A stretch of 64,000 nt of DNA from Gammaproteobacteria bacterium (GCA_965277715.1 OZ255836.1:928001-992000), one strand, 5' to 3'. Shown: positions 39,321-50,609, counted from the stretch's first letter. Notes: a model not told the origin generated them from the sequence alone. Made by a program: numbers and translations.

Positions 39321-40958
39321 ATGCACTACGCATTACTGGAAAACAATGGCCAGTCGTTTGATGCGATCAGCCAGTCGTTTCGCTGGCATATCCCGGAAAA
39401 ATTTAATATGGCACAGGCGGTGTGCGATAAACATAGCGATAAGCAGCATGACATCGCGCTGTATTATGAAAACGAGCAAGGCGATAAAGCCCATTACACC
39501 TTTGGTGAGATAAAGCGTTATTCAGATCAACTGGCTAATGTGTTGGTATCGCTGGGGGTTAAAAAAGGTGACCGCGTTGCCGTGATTTTGTCCCAACGTG
39601 TCGAAACGGCACTCACCCATATTGCCGCGCATAAAATAGGGGCCATTTCATTGCCTTTATCTGTATTGTTTGGGCCGGATGCGTTGCACTATCGGCTGAG
39701 TGACAGCGCCAGCAAATGGGTGATCACTGACCTGGCACACAAGCATATGATCGATCCGTTTCGCCCCGGTCTGGATAAGCTTGACGGTATCCTCTGCGTC
39801 GATGATGACAGCGATGCGGGGTTTTGGCAGCGTGTCAATCAGGCGGATAAGGCATGTACGCCGGTGGTAACTTTTACCGATGATCCGGCACTTTTAATTT
39901 ACACATCAGGCACCACCGGGCCGCCAAAAGGTGCATTAATCGCTCACCGTGGATTAATTGGTAACTTAACAGGGTTTGAATTATCAATGAATTTCTTCCC
40001 AAAGCCGGGCGATGTTTTCTGGACCCCGGCTGACTGGGCCTGGACGGGAGGGCTGCTCGATGGGTTAATGCCGAGTTGGTATTACGGCAGGCCGATTGTT
40101 GCGTATGAGTACGGTAAATTTAATGCCGAAAAAGCGTTGGCAGTGGTCGAGCGCTACGCGGTAACGACGGCGTTTATTCCGCCGACGGCGTTAAAAATGA
40201 TACGCCAGGTTAAAGGTATTCCCGAACGCTTTACGTTGAAACTGCGGGCGATTATGTCTGCCGGTGAAGCGGTGGGTGAAGAGTTGATTCACTGGGGCAG
40301 GGAAACCCTGCAAGTGGATATTAATGAGATGTGTGGGCAGACCGAGCACAATTACATGATAGGTAATTGTGCGGCGATTATGCCGCTTAAACCCGGCTCG
40401 ATGGGCAAGCCGTATCCGGGGCACCGTGTCGCTGTGCTGGACGGGCAGGGCAGGGAGTTGCCAGCGGGTGAACACGGTGAATTTGCCGCGCACTGTGATG
40501 ATCCTGTGCACTTTCTCGGCTATTGGAATAATACAGTGGCGACGCAGAAAAAATATGCGGGTAAATGGTTTCGCACCGGTGATATGGGTTACAGGGACAG
40601 CGATGGTTATCTGTGGTTTATGGGGCGCAGTGATGATGTTATCAGCAGTGCCGGGTATCGTATTGGCCCTGGTGAGATCGAGGATTGTCTATTGCAACAC
40701 GCATCGGTGTTGCAGGCCGCCGTGGTGGGAGTGCCGGACCCGCAGGGGTTGCGGGGAGATGTTGTTAAAGCGTTTGTTGTGCTCGCTGAGGGTTATCAGG
40801 CGAGTGATGCCTTAAAGGCGGATATTCAGCAGATAGTCAAGCAGCGGCTGGCGGCTTATGAGTATCCGAGGGAGATTGAGTTTATTCGCGCTCTGCCGAT
40901 GACGACTACGGGTAAAGTGCGCCGGGTGGCGTTGCGGCAGCTACACCGGGCTGGGTGA
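39321..40958 (+). CDS. Acyl-CoA synthetase (AMP-forming)
   Basis: YTSGTTGPPKG, WTPADWAWTGG, GYRIGPGEIE, TTTGK. Confidence 0.92.
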   Translation: MHYALLENNGQSFDAISQSFRWHIPEKFNMAQAVCDKHSDKQHDIALYYENEQGDKAHYTFGEIKRYSDQLANVLVSLGVKKGDRVAVILSQRVETALTHIAAHKIGAISLPLSVLFGPDALHYRLSDSASKWVITDLAHKHMIDPFRPGLDKLDGILCVDDDSDAGFWQRVNQADKACTPVVTFTDDPALLIYTSGTTGPPKGALIAHRGLIGNLTGFELSMNFFPKPGDVFWTPADWAWTGGLLDGLMPSWYYGRPIVAYEYGKFNAEKALAVVERYAVTTAFIPPTALKMIRQVKGIPERFTLKLRAIMSAGEAVGEELIHWGRETLQVDINEMCGQTEHNYMIGNCAAIMPLKPGSMGKPYPGHRVAVLDGQGRELPAGEHGEFAAHCDDPVHFLGYWNNTVATQKKYAGKWFRTGDMGYRDSDGYLWFMGRSDDVISSAGYRIGPGEIEDCLLQHASVLQAAVVGVPDPQGLRGDVVKAFVVLAEGYQASDALKADIQQIVKQRLAAYEYPREIEFIRALPMTTTGKVRRVALRQLHRAG

Positions 40959-41030
40959 TTATCTACATCGTTACTGATAGTACGCCGTCAATTTTTAATT
41001 GGTTTCCCGCTATTTTATGTGGATATATAT

Positions 41031-41795
41031 ATGACTACTGTTAGTGACTGGTACGAAGTGCGCACGGTATCGGACGGTATTTCGCTGATACGGGAAAAAT
41101 ATGTGGCCAGTTGGTTGCGTTGTAATATCTGGCATGTGCGTGGTAGGCATTTTGATTTATTAATCGATACTGGTATGGGCTTGCGGCCATTGAAAAAAGA
41201 AATTGCGACGCTTTGTGAAAAACCGATAAAAGTGATCTCGACACATTGCCATTTCGATCATATAGGTGGCGCACACGAATTTGATTGTCGCCTGGGGCAT
41301 AAGAGTGAACAACATATTCACGCCAACCCAACAGAGCAGAATACAGGTGGCTGGCAACCATTTGTGCGTGCCGAAACGTTCAGTAAAATGCCCCATGATG
41401 ACTTTGTTATCGAAGATTATTCGGTGTTATCTGCACCACTTACAGGGTATTTGGATGAAGGGGATGTGCTCGATTTGGGTAATCGTACCTTTCAGGTACT
41501 GCATTTGCCTGGGCACTCCCCCGGTTCGATCAGTTTATATGAGAAAAATACAGGTACTTTATTCAGTGGTGATGTCATTTACGATGGTGACTTGTTTGAT
41601 ACTGTTTATCACTCTGACCCACAGCAGTATAAGGAGAGCCTGGCGCGTTTGAGGGAAATGCCTGTGGCTATAGTGCATGGAGGGCATTTTGATTCATTTG
41701 GGCGGCGTAAACTTCTGGCGTTGATCGATAAGTATTTTGCGGGTAAGGGGCGCATTGTTGATGCGGCGTCCTGGGTGAATGGTGTTGTTGAATGA
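41031..41795 (+). CDS. MBL-fold metallo-hydrolase
   Basis: THCHFDHIGG, PGHSPGS, FSGD, HGGH. Confidence 0.9.
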   Translation: MTTVSDWYEVRTVSDGISLIREKYVASWLRCNIWHVRGRHFDLLIDTGMGLRPLKKEIATLCEKPIKVISTHCHFDHIGGAHEFDCRLGHKSEQHIHANPTEQNTGGWQPFVRAETFSKMPHDDFVIEDYSVLSAPLTGYLDEGDVLDLGNRTFQVLHLPGHSPGSISLYEKNTGTLFSGDVIYDGDLFDTVYHSDPQQYKESLARLREMPVAIVHGGHFDSFGRRKLLALIDKYFAGKGRIVDAASWVNGVVE

Positions 41796-41985
41796 GTGCA
41801 AGTGAGTGTAGGCGTTTTCTGGGGTTTTCCCATAGTGGCTTTGCTCTGTGTTTTATCTGTCTGACACGATGGTTTTTTCTAAGCGACAACCCTATTAAGT
41901 TATTTACGTATGCGCATTTCATTCGTGCAAAAACGCTATATAAATACAATAATACACCGGTTTAAATAGTGGAAAGCCAATCGCC

Positions 41986-43710
41986 ATGCGCCAGTACTTA
42001 CATATCAACCTGAAGGATCAATCCACTCGCCAGCAAACCTTGAACGGTGAGGAAATTCTCGATTGTGGTCGGCACTATATCGCCAGAACGCTGCTGGAAT
42101 CAGGGGTGGCGGCAGTCGATCCCCTGTCACCAGATAACCCGCTTATCTTCTCTGCCGGGCCGTTTGCCGGGACTAATTTTTCAAATGCCAACCGCACCAG
42201 TGTCGGCTGTAAAAGCCCGTTGACGGGGGGGATTAAAGAAGCCAATGCAGGGGGTAATTTTAGTTTTGCGCTGGGACAGTTACACCTCGCCGGGTTTACG
42301 CTCTACGATGCTTCCCCCGATTGGGTAACGATTTACCTGGATAAAGAAGGGGGTATTCACTTCGAGTCGGCTGAGCCTTACCTTGGCCTTGGCAACTTTG
42401 AAGCCGCTGCCAGGCTGCACGAAAAATACGGCAAAAAGGTCAGTATTGCGCTGTGTGGGCCGGTGGGCGAATACCAGGGGTTATTGGCGGGTATTGCGTT
42501 TAGCGATACCGAGCAACGCCCTTCACGGTTGGCCGCACGCGGCGGTGTTGGCGCGGTGATGGGTAGCAAGAAAGTCAAAGCGGTTATTGTCGACTTACAC
42601 AAAATGCCCACTTTTCATGAACGCAAGAAACTTATGAAGTCAGTGCGCGAATACGCGACCAAACTAAATCAGGATCAGGCAGTACAAAATCTGGCCAATA
42701 TCGGTACGGCTATGGTGGCCGATTTCACTAATCAGGTGGGTGGGTTGCCTGTGCGCAATTTCAGTGCGGGCCGGTTGGTCGATACAAGCATTGAACCACT
42801 TAAAATGGGCGGGGATTTTATACGCCAGCAAAACCTTGAGCGTGGGGGTGAGCAAACACACGCTTGTATGCCGGGTTGCTTGATTCAATGCAGTAATGTC
42901 TACGCGGATAAGGCGGGTAAGGAAGTGGTGTCGCCGGTTGAGTACGAAACGCTTGGGTTGCTTGGTACCAACTGTGGTATCAGTGAGCCGGATGAGCTGG
43001 CGCACCTCAACTATATCGCTAATGATCTCGGTATCGATACTATTGAGGTGGGTGCTGCGCTGGCCGTTTTGATGGAAGCGGGCGAAATGGCATTTGGTGA
43101 TGTTGAGGCAATGGCGGCTGCGCTCGATAAGGATATTCGCGGTGCCACTGAATTTGGCAAAATACTGGCGCAGGGAACGGCGTATGTCGGCGAGCACTAT
43201 CAGGTCGAGCGGGTGCCGGTGATTAAACGCCAGGCGATCAGTGCTTATGATCCACGCGTGATTGAGGTGACCGGGCTGACGATGATGATGACGGCCCAGG
43301 GGGCTGATCATACGGCGGGTAATCTGCCTTCTTATGTGAGCAAAGGCAAGGCGATCGATGAGTTGGTGGCGGCCAGTATGGAGGCGCAGGTGTTGACTGC
43401 AACGGCTGATTCTTTGGGGTTATGTGTGTTTGGCCGTTCGGTAACTAATACGAATGTGGATTTTATGATTGGGGCGTTGAATGATGCTCACGGTACTGAT
43501 GTGCAGCCGACGTTTTTTCACCGCATTGGTCGTGAGGTGCTGGATTATGAACGTCGGTTTAATCAGGCGGCTGGGTTTAAGGTGGATGACGATGAGTTAC
43601 CCGATTTTTTTTATCGGGAGGCGTTGGTGCCGAGTAATAATAAGGCGCGTTTTCATAGTCGGGATGTGGCTGAGGTGGTTGATGCGTGGTGGTGTCAGCA
43701 GTCGGCCTGA
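41986..43710 (+). CDS. Aldehyde ferredoxin oxidoreductase family (tungstopterin) protein
   Basis: KSPLTGGIKEANAGG, AARGGVGAVMGSK, CMPGCLIQC, EYET, DLGIDTIE, GADHT, DSLGLC. Confidence 0.9.
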   Translation: MRQYLHINLKDQSTRQQTLNGEEILDCGRHYIARTLLESGVAAVDPLSPDNPLIFSAGPFAGTNFSNANRTSVGCKSPLTGGIKEANAGGNFSFALGQLHLAGFTLYDASPDWVTIYLDKEGGIHFESAEPYLGLGNFEAAARLHEKYGKKVSIALCGPVGEYQGLLAGIAFSDTEQRPSRLAARGGVGAVMGSKKVKAVIVDLHKMPTFHERKKLMKSVREYATKLNQDQAVQNLANIGTAMVADFTNQVGGLPVRNFSAGRLVDTSIEPLKMGGDFIRQQNLERGGEQTHACMPGCLIQCSNVYADKAGKEVVSPVEYETLGLLGTNCGISEPDELAHLNYIANDLGIDTIEVGAALAVLMEAGEMAFGDVEAMAAALDKDIRGATEFGKILAQGTAYVGEHYQVERVPVIKRQAISAYDPRVIEVTGLTMMMTAQGADHTAGNLPSYVSKGKAIDELVAASMEAQVLTATADSLGLCVFGRSVTNTNVDFMIGALNDAHGTDVQPTFFHRIGREVLDYERRFNQAAGFKVDDDELPDFFYREALVPSNNKARFHSRDVAEVVDAWWCQQSA

Positions 43711-43900
43711 ATCTGGTGAACCTCTCGATTTCATGTGTTTGCCCTGTATGTAGGTGGTGCGGTTTCACTCGCGATGCTTTGGTGTTTTTCTTTGCTCATT
43801 TGCGCCTGCGTTGCTCTATCTCCTGTGCCCCTACAGTCGTGCACATTCCTTACCTACGTTGTTGATAGAAAATCGAGTAAATATTGGGAAGGTGTTAGTG

Positions 43901-44731
43901 CTAATCCGTGGACATTTGCATATCGCGCTCACGCAGTCGCTGTTGGCGTATTAGTAACCACCCGGCCAGTAGCACGCCGATTGCGACGATTACGATGATG
44001 ATGGTTGCCAGCGCATTGATATCCGGTCTTAACCCCAAACGCACGCGTGAATAGATCAATATGGGTAAGGTGTTAGACCCTGGCCCGGAGACGAAGCTGG
44101 CGATAATCAAGTCGTCCAGTGACAGTGTAAAAGCAAGTAACCAACCCGCGAGCATGCCCGGTGCGAGCAGTGGCAGGGTGATGTCGGTCAGTACACGAAA
44201 AGGTCTGGCGCCGAGGTCCAGGGCGGCCTCTTCCAGTGTTACCCCCATGCCCGCGAGCCGGGATTGGATAATGACGGCAACGTAGGCCATTGAAAAAGTG
44301 ATGTGCGCGATGGTGATGGTGGTAAACCCCCGAGTGGGCCAGCCGAATATGTTATTTGAGGCGATAAACAGTAGCAGCAGTGATAAGCCGGTGATGACCT
44401 CAGGCATAACCAGCGGCGCGGTAATCATGCCGGTAAACAGTGTGCGGCCTTTGAATTGCCCAAAACGCACCAGTGCAATGCCCGCCAGTGTGCCTAAGAG
44501 CGTGGCAAATGTGGCGTTTACCAGTGCAATTTGCAGGCTGAGCGTGGTGGCGGCCCACACTTCTTCACTGGCGAATAACACACTATACCAACGGGTGGAA
44601 AAACCGCCCCAGACCGGCACCAATTTCGAATAATTAAACGAATAGACCACCAGTGAGATCATTGGTATGTATAAAAACGCCATGCCAAAACACAGCATGG
44701 AAAACAAAAATGTTGAGCGCTTTTTCTGCAT
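43901..44731 (-). CDS. potI: Polyamine ABC permease
   Basis: APLVMPEVITG, EEAALDLGA, FTLSLDD. Confidence 0.85.
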   Translation of the reverse strand: MQKKRSTFLFSMLCFGMAFLYIPMISLVVYSFNYSKLVPVWGGFSTRWYSVLFASEEVWAATTLSLQIALVNATFATLLGTLAGIALVRFGQFKGRTLFTGMITAPLVMPEVITGLSLLLLFIASNNIFGWPTRGFTTITIAHITFSMAYVAVIIQSRLAGMGVTLEEAALDLGARPFRVLTDITLPLLAPGMLAGWLLAFTLSLDDLIIASFVSGPGSNTLPILIYSRVRLGLRPDINALATIIIVIVAIGVLLAGWLLIRQQRLRERDMQMSTD

Positions 44732-44737
44732 GACCGG

Positions 44738-45694
44738 TTAAATTTCCTTTGCCTGAACGCGTTGGTAGAGCATCATCGGCAGTACCAGAACAATAAGCAG
44801 TACCACGGCCACCGCCGAGGCCACCGGCCAGTCGTGATTGGCGTTAAACTCACTCGACAATACCCGGCCAATCATCAACACATTGCCACCCCCCAATAAA
44901 TCGGGAATAACGAACTCCCCGGTTGCGGGGATAAAGACCAGTAGAGAGCCGGCAATAATGCCGGGTACTGTCAATGGCAGGGTCACGGTTAAAAATACAC
45001 CGATAGGTTTTGCACCGAGATCAGCCGCTGCCTCGTGCAGCGTTATATCCAGTTTTTCCATGTTGGCGTAGAGGGGCAGAATCATAAACGGCAGATAGGA
45101 GTAGACGATACCCACATAAACAGCGAACTGTGAGTAGAGCAGGCGGATTGGCTGGTCGATAACACCGAGCCACATTAAGAAACTGTTGATGGTGCCCTGA
45201 TCTGCCAATAACCCTATCCAGGCGTAAACACGCAGTAGGAAGGATGTCCAGAAAGGCAGGATGACCATCAGTAATAAAATATTTTTGGTTACGCTGTCGG
45301 CACGGGTAATCGCGTAGGCGATGGGGTAGCCGATTAACAGGCAAATCAGGGTCGAAATGGAGGCAATTTTTATCGAGTTCAGGTAGGTGTCGACATAGAG
45401 TTCGTCTTCCCACAGGTAGGCGAAATTATCAAAAATCAGCGTAATTGAGAGCCGACCTTCTTCGATCCATTCCAGCATTGATGAATACGGTGGGCTGGCA
45501 ATCAGCGATTCAGCCAGGCTTATTTTTAATACAATAAAAAAAGGCGCTAAAAAAAATAACAGCAACCAGATAAATGGAATGGCAATAATAATGCTCTGCC
45601 ACCGCCTTTGCAGCAGATTGCCGAATCGTTGCAGCGGTAACAGCAACGGGGGGTTGGTCGGCGCTATACCTGGGGAGTGTGGCAGCCGGGTCAT
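44738..45694 (-). CDS. potH: Polyamine ABC permease
   Basis: LPFWTSFLLRVYAW, LPFMILPLY, EAAADLGA. Confidence 0.85.
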   Translation of the reverse strand: MTRLPHSPGIAPTNPPLLLPLQRFGNLLQRRWQSIIIAIPFIWLLLFFLAPFFIVLKISLAESLIASPPYSSMLEWIEEGRLSITLIFDNFAYLWEDELYVDTYLNSIKIASISTLICLLIGYPIAYAITRADSVTKNILLLMVILPFWTSFLLRVYAWIGLLADQGTINSFLMWLGVIDQPIRLLYSQFAVYVGIVYSYLPFMILPLYANMEKLDITLHEAAADLGAKPIGVFLTVTLPLTVPGIIAGSLLVFIPATGEFVIPDLLGGGNVLMIGRVLSSEFNANHDWPVASAVAVVLLIVLVLPMMLYQRVQAKEI

Positions 45695-46836
45695 TGCGTT
45701 AACACAATGCTGCTGGTGCTGTCCCAGCTCAGGTACACTTCGTCATCCCAGTCGAATGTGCGCTGGCCGCTTCTTGGCCGCACCTGGTTGGGCGAGCTAA
45801 CCTCGATAATCTCGCCGTTAGCTGTTTGCACGCGGTAAGTGGACAATTTACCTAAATAGCCAATATCGTGAATAACGCCTTTGAGATAATTACTTTGCTG
45901 GTTGGGCGGGGTTTTCGATAGGGTGATTTTTTCAGGCCGCACAGCGACCCAGATATTGCTGCCTGGCTTAACGGGCGCACTGTGATCGGCTGTAATAGTA
46001 ATGTCATGTTGGGTGCTGTGTACCACTACTGTATGGTCGTCATTCCCCTCAACCACTTTGCCTGCAAATAGGTTGACCGAGCCAATAAAGTTGGCAACCA
46101 GGCGGGTATCCGGGGATTCGTAAATATCGGTGGGTGTGCCTGTTTGTATAAATTTGCCTGCGTCCATCACTGCGATGCGGGTTGATAGTGTCATTGCCTC
46201 CTCCTGGTCATGGGTGACGACGACAAATGTAATGCCCAGCTGATCCTGAATATTCATTAATTCAAATTGGGTTTGTTCACGCAGGCGCTTGTCGAGGGCG
46301 CCGAGTGGTTCATCCAGTAATAATACCTTTGGGCGCTTTACCAGTGCCCGTGCCAACGCCACTCTTTGCCGCTGCCCGCCTGAGAGTTGGTGCGGCTTAC
46401 GTTTGGAAAAGTCAGACAACTCGACCATTGCCAGTATTTCATCGACACGGCGGCTGATTTCCCGCTTGTCGATACCATCGCACTTTAATCCGTAAGCGAC
46501 GTTTTGCATCACTGTCATATGTGGAAACAGTGCGTAAGACTGAAACATCATATTGACAGGCCGCTGGTAGGGCGGGATATCGGTCATATCAATACCATCG
46601 ATAAACAGTGTGCCGGATGAGGGCATTTCAAACCCGGCCAACATCCGTAGTAGCGTTGTTTTACCACAACCGGAACCACCCAAAAGTGAAAACAGCTCAC
46701 CCTTGTAGATATCCAGATCGACATTGTCAACGGCGGTAAATGTACCGAACTGTTTGCTGATACCGCGCAGTTTGATAAAGGGTTGCGCTTCGGTATCCAG
46801 CCACGGGCGGTCGGTGAAATCTGTCTCTTCAGGCAT
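45691..46836 (-). CDS. potG: Polyamine ABC ATP-binding protein
   Basis: GGSGCGKTT, MFQSYALFPH, LSGGQRQR, C-terminal TOBE domain. Confidence 0.88.
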   Translation of the reverse strand: MPEETDFTDRPWLDTEAQPFIKLRGISKQFGTFTAVDNVDLDIYKGELFSLLGGSGCGKTTLLRMLAGFEMPSSGTLFIDGIDMTDIPPYQRPVNMMFQSYALFPHMTVMQNVAYGLKCDGIDKREISRRVDEILAMVELSDFSKRKPHQLSGGQRQRVALARALVKRPKVLLLDEPLGALDKRLREQTQFELMNIQDQLGITFVVVTHDQEEAMTLSTRIAVMDAGKFIQTGTPTDIYESPDTRLVANFIGSVNLFAGKVVEGNDDHTVVVHSTQHDITITADHSAPVKPGSNIWVAVRPEKITLSKTPPNQQSNYLKGVIHDIGYLGKLSTYRVQTANGEIIEVSSPNQVRPRSGQRTFDWDDEVYLSWDSTSSIVLTQ

Positions 46837-46870
46837 GGGGTGATTCTACGTTGAGGGTGTGCTTATGTGA

Positions 46871-46901
46871 ATGGGCGCCGCCTGTTACTTGCGGCACCCA
46901 T
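46871..46901 (-). other. Intercistronic stem-loop after the SBP gene
   Basis: ATGGGCGCCGC...GCGGCACCCAT. Confidence 0.5.
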
Positions 46902-46913
46902 AACCCAATGGTC

Positions 46914-48026
46914 TTAATTGCCAGACTTGAAGCGGGTCCAGGCGCGCGTGCGGACGCGCTCTACTTTGGGGGGAACGACAGCCAGGGTATACATATCGTT
47001 GACCTGCTCCTGTGACGGATAAGCCGCCGGACTGCCTGTTACGGCGGGGTCGACCATATCGAATGCGTCTTTATTGCCATTCGCGTACCAGGTGTAGTTA
47101 CTGTCGGCAGCGGCCACTTCAGGGCGCATCATATAGTTGAGAAACAGATGGGCGTTTTCAACATTTTTGGCATCGGCAGGAATCACCCAGCCATCGACCC
47201 AGACATTGGCTTTTCCCTGGCCTGGCGGGGAGTAGAAGTCTAATACGACACCGGTATTGGCTTCCGCAGCGCCAGACATTGCCAGCAGGCCATCCGGTCC
47301 CCAGGTGACCGATACGCAAAATTCTTTTTCCGGCATTCTTTGGTAGGCGTAATTATCAAACGTTTTTATGTAAGGGCGGATTTTTGCCAACATCTCTGTG
47401 GCCTTATCGTAATCCGCTTTGTTGGTGGAACTGGGGTCTAATCCCAGGTGTGCCAGCGCCATTGGGATAATATCCGTGGGGGAGTCGAGAAAGGACACTC
47501 CACATTTGGCCAGCTTTTCCATATGTTCCGGGTTGAAAATCATATCCATTGAACCTATCGGTGCGCCCGGATGAGTGGCTTTAACCAGCGCTTCGTTATA
47601 AGTGACACCGTGGGTGCCCCACATAAACGGCACGATATACTGGTTGTCGGGGTCCCAATTGGCAGATAGCTGGGAGAGTACGTCAGCACGTAAGTGTTTC
47701 CAGTTGGGCAGTTTCGATTTATCCAGTTTCAGCAGAATATCGGCGGGAACCAGTCGGCCAATTAAACTGCCTGAATGGCTGACGACATCGTAGCCGGAGT
47801 TACCGGCGAGCAGTTTCGCATCTGCCGCTTCTGCCGAGTCGTAGTGGTCGTAGGTGACCTTTATATCGAATTCTTTCTCAAAGTTGGCGATAGTGTCTTC
47901 ACCGATATACTCGGCCCAGTTGTAGACGTTCAACACGCCAGCCGCGTTGGCACTGGATACTGCTAACAACAAGGCGGCAGAGACTCCCAGACCGGTACTT
48001 CTTATAAACTTGCCAATGGGTTTCAT
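46914..48026 (-). CDS. Polyamine ABC substrate-binding protein (PotF/SpuD-like)
   Basis: Signal peptide, LNVYNWAEYI, FLNYMMRPEVAA, TRAWTRFKSG. Confidence 0.88.
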   Translation of the reverse strand: MKPIGKFIRSTGLGVSAALLLAVSSANAAGVLNVYNWAEYIGEDTIANFEKEFDIKVTYDHYDSAEAADAKLLAGNSGYDVVSHSGSLIGRLVPADILLKLDKSKLPNWKHLRADVLSQLSANWDPDNQYIVPFMWGTHGVTYNEALVKATHPGAPIGSMDMIFNPEHMEKLAKCGVSFLDSPTDIIPMALAHLGLDPSSTNKADYDKATEMLAKIRPYIKTFDNYAYQRMPEKEFCVSVTWGPDGLLAMSGAAEANTGVVLDFYSPPGQGKANVWVDGWVIPADAKNVENAHLFLNYMMRPEVAAADSNYTWYANGNKDAFDMVDPAVTGSPAAYPSQEQVNDMYTLAVVPPKVERVRTRAWTRFKSGN

Positions 48027-48238
48027 GTGTTTCCTCCAAGCAAAAAATAAAGTCAAAGTATTGTTATAAAACAAGCAGATCCCCAGCAACTGGGTACCTG
48101 CTGTATTCCTATTATTCACTACCTGGACAAGCTAAACCAGTGCGGATGTGATTTATCACCCTGATCTTGCCTATCCATATCACGGCCATGTTATTGTAAG
48201 ACCAGTATTTACCCCACCAAAACACACAAGAGAGCCTC

Positions 48239-49618
48239 ATGAGTAACTCCACAGCCACCATTCAGCAGCAGGATAACCAATTCATTCACCCCTGGGATAA
48301 TATGAACAAGCTAGGGGACAACCACCGTACCGTACTGGAACGTGGCGAAGGGGTCTATGTACATGATAGCGACGGCAATCGCCTGATCGATGGCCCCGGT
48401 GGTATGTGGTGCGTGAATATTGGCCACGGGCGCGAGGAGATGGCTAAAGCAATCTATGACCAGATTATGAAGTTGCCGTACACTTCGCCGTGGTCTTTGA
48501 CCACGGGGCCGGCAGCGGAATTCAGCCAGGCGATTGCCGCTGAGGCTCCTGGCGATCTCAACAGCGTATTTTTTACCACCTGTGGCTCCACGGCAGTTGA
48601 TTCGGCGTTGCGGTTTGTGCAGTTTTATAACAACTATCGCGGCAAACCGGGTAAAAAACACATCATTGCCCGCACCAAAGGCTACCACGGCAGTACCTAC
48701 CTTTCGGCGAGTGTCTCGGGCAAGGAACGCGATAAAAACAACCTCGACTTCGCCGATCATCTGGTGCACCACATTCCCGCTCCACACCCGTTTTTAAAAC
48801 CAGAAGGGATGAGTGAGGCTGACTTTCTCGACCAATGCGTCAACGACCTGGAGAATAAAATTCTGGAAATTGGCGAGGATAAAGCCGCCGTATTTGTCGC
48901 CGAACCGATTCTCGCCTCTGGTGGTGTGATCATTCCGCCGCAGGGGTATCACCAAGGCTGCCTGGCGGTGTGCCGGAAGTATGATGTCTTATATCTATCG
49001 GACGAAGTAGTGACCTCATTCGGTCGGCTCGGCCATGTATTTGCCTCTGAGGCCGTGTTTGGCATTGTCCCGGATATTATTACCACCGCGAAGGGCCTGA
49101 CCTCCGCCTATGTGCCGATGGGGGCATTTCTGGTATCTGACCGGCTGCTTAACGAATTTGAAGACAGCCGTGACAGCACCGCTGTTTTTTCGAACGGTTT
49201 CACCTACTCCGGGCACCCGGTTGCCGCTGTCGCGGGGTTAAAAAACCTGGAAATTATGAAACGCGAAAAACTTTTTGAGCATGTGCGCGAGGTGGGGCCG
49301 TATTTGCAGGCGCAACTGCAAACCCTGCGCGATATTCCCATTGTGTGTGATGTGCGTGGTATTGGTTTGATGGGGTGTGTGGAATGTCAGTTAAAACAGG
49401 GGGCAGATGACCTGGCGATGGATTATGAAATCGGTAACCGCATCGATAAACACTGCCAGTCGATGGGGCTTATTGTGCGGCCTATTATCAATATGTGTGT
49501 AATGTCACCACCGCTTACCATCAGCCGGGAACAGATCGACGATATGGTGGCAATACTACGTAAAGGCGTGGAAATGGCGATGCAGGAGTGTATCGATGAA
49601 GGGATTTGGACGCCTTAA
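48239..49618 (+). CDS. Class III aminotransferase (polyamine/omega-amine type)
   Basis: GGMWCVNIGHGR, GYHGST, DEVVTSFGRLG, TTAKGLTS, GFTYSGHP. Confidence 0.92.
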   Translation: MSNSTATIQQQDNQFIHPWDNMNKLGDNHRTVLERGEGVYVHDSDGNRLIDGPGGMWCVNIGHGREEMAKAIYDQIMKLPYTSPWSLTTGPAAEFSQAIAAEAPGDLNSVFFTTCGSTAVDSALRFVQFYNNYRGKPGKKHIIARTKGYHGSTYLSASVSGKERDKNNLDFADHLVHHIPAPHPFLKPEGMSEADFLDQCVNDLENKILEIGEDKAAVFVAEPILASGGVIIPPQGYHQGCLAVCRKYDVLYLSDEVVTSFGRLGHVFASEAVFGIVPDIITTAKGLTSAYVPMGAFLVSDRLLNEFEDSRDSTAVFSNGFTYSGHPVAAVAGLKNLEIMKREKLFEHVREVGPYLQAQLQTLRDIPIVCDVRGIGLMGCVECQLKQGADDLAMDYEIGNRIDKHCQSMGLIVRPIINMCVMSPPLTISREQIDDMVAILRKGVEMAMQECIDEGIWTP

Positions 49619-49814
49619 GAATTGAAGAGGGCAGGGGTATTATTTAATTTATGCTGCATTTATTTTGGTGAAAAAGAAATTTTTCAACGACTTGAACAGT
49701 GCCCCAGCGGGTGAAAGACCAATTGACGGTATTGGTATTGAGGCGCTCAGCCTTGATATAATTCTACTATACGTTTTACTCACCCTAAAAAATCAGGACT
49801 TGGCATTTAAGCTT

Positions 49815-50609
49815 ATGGTATTGCAAACTTTTAACGCCGATGTAGAAACCGGCGCCGTTGTCACAGCAATTAAGCGTGATGGTGGCGCCATCATTGCACA
49901 ACAGGTTGGTGCGCAGACGGTAGATAATGTTGTCGGTGAGTTACGACCACATTTTGATCGGCAGGGCCGCGATTTTCAAAATGACTTTAACGGTTATACC
50001 ACGCTACGTTTGGGTGCGATTTTGAGTATCTCGCGCAGTGCGGCAGACCTCATCGCGCACCCACGTGTTATGGCGGTTGCTGATGCTGTACTGCGACCAC
50101 ATTGCGCCAATTACCGGATTGGCAGTTGCACCGCGATAGAGATTCACCCAGGCGAGAAGAATCAAACACTACACCGGGATGATGATTTCTATCCAATGCG
50201 TATCCCCGATGTGGAGTTTCAATTTAGCGCAATGTGGGCGCTGGATGATTTTACCTGTGAAAACGGGGCGACCCGAGTGGCATTGGGGAGCCATGGCCAC
50301 CTTGATATGCCGACGGTTGAAGCGGGTGATATTGTTCAGGCGGTAATGCCGAAAGGTTCGGTGCTGTTTTATTTAGGGTCAACCGTGCACGGTGGTGGGG
50401 CTAACCAGGCGGATACTCCCCGGGCAGGTTTGATTAATACCTACAGTCTTGGTTGGTTGCGCCAGGAGGAAAACCAATACCTAACAGTGCCCAGGGCTGT
50501 GGCGGATAGCTATCCAGAGGTAGTGCGTCGGCTGATGGGGTATCAGACACACGGAGATTATTTAGGTGTGTATCCAGGCGATCCTGATGGGCGGTGGTTT
50601 GGTTCTTAA
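49815..50609 (+). CDS. PhyH family Fe(II)/2-oxoglutarate dioxygenase
   Basis: QTLHRDD (HxD), [19 protein letters not shown]. Confidence 0.9.
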   Translation: MVLQTFNADVETGAVVTAIKRDGGAIIAQQVGAQTVDNVVGELRPHFDRQGRDFQNDFNGYTTLRLGAILSISRSAADLIAHPRVMAVADAVLRPHCANYRIGSCTAIEIHPGEKNQTLHRDDDFYPMRIPDVEFQFSAMWALDDFTCENGATRVALGSHGHLDMPTVEAGDIVQAVMPKGSVLFYLGSTVHGGGANQADTPRAGLINTYSLGWLRQEENQYLTVPRAVADSYPEVVRRLMGYQTHGDYLGVYPGDPDGRWFGS

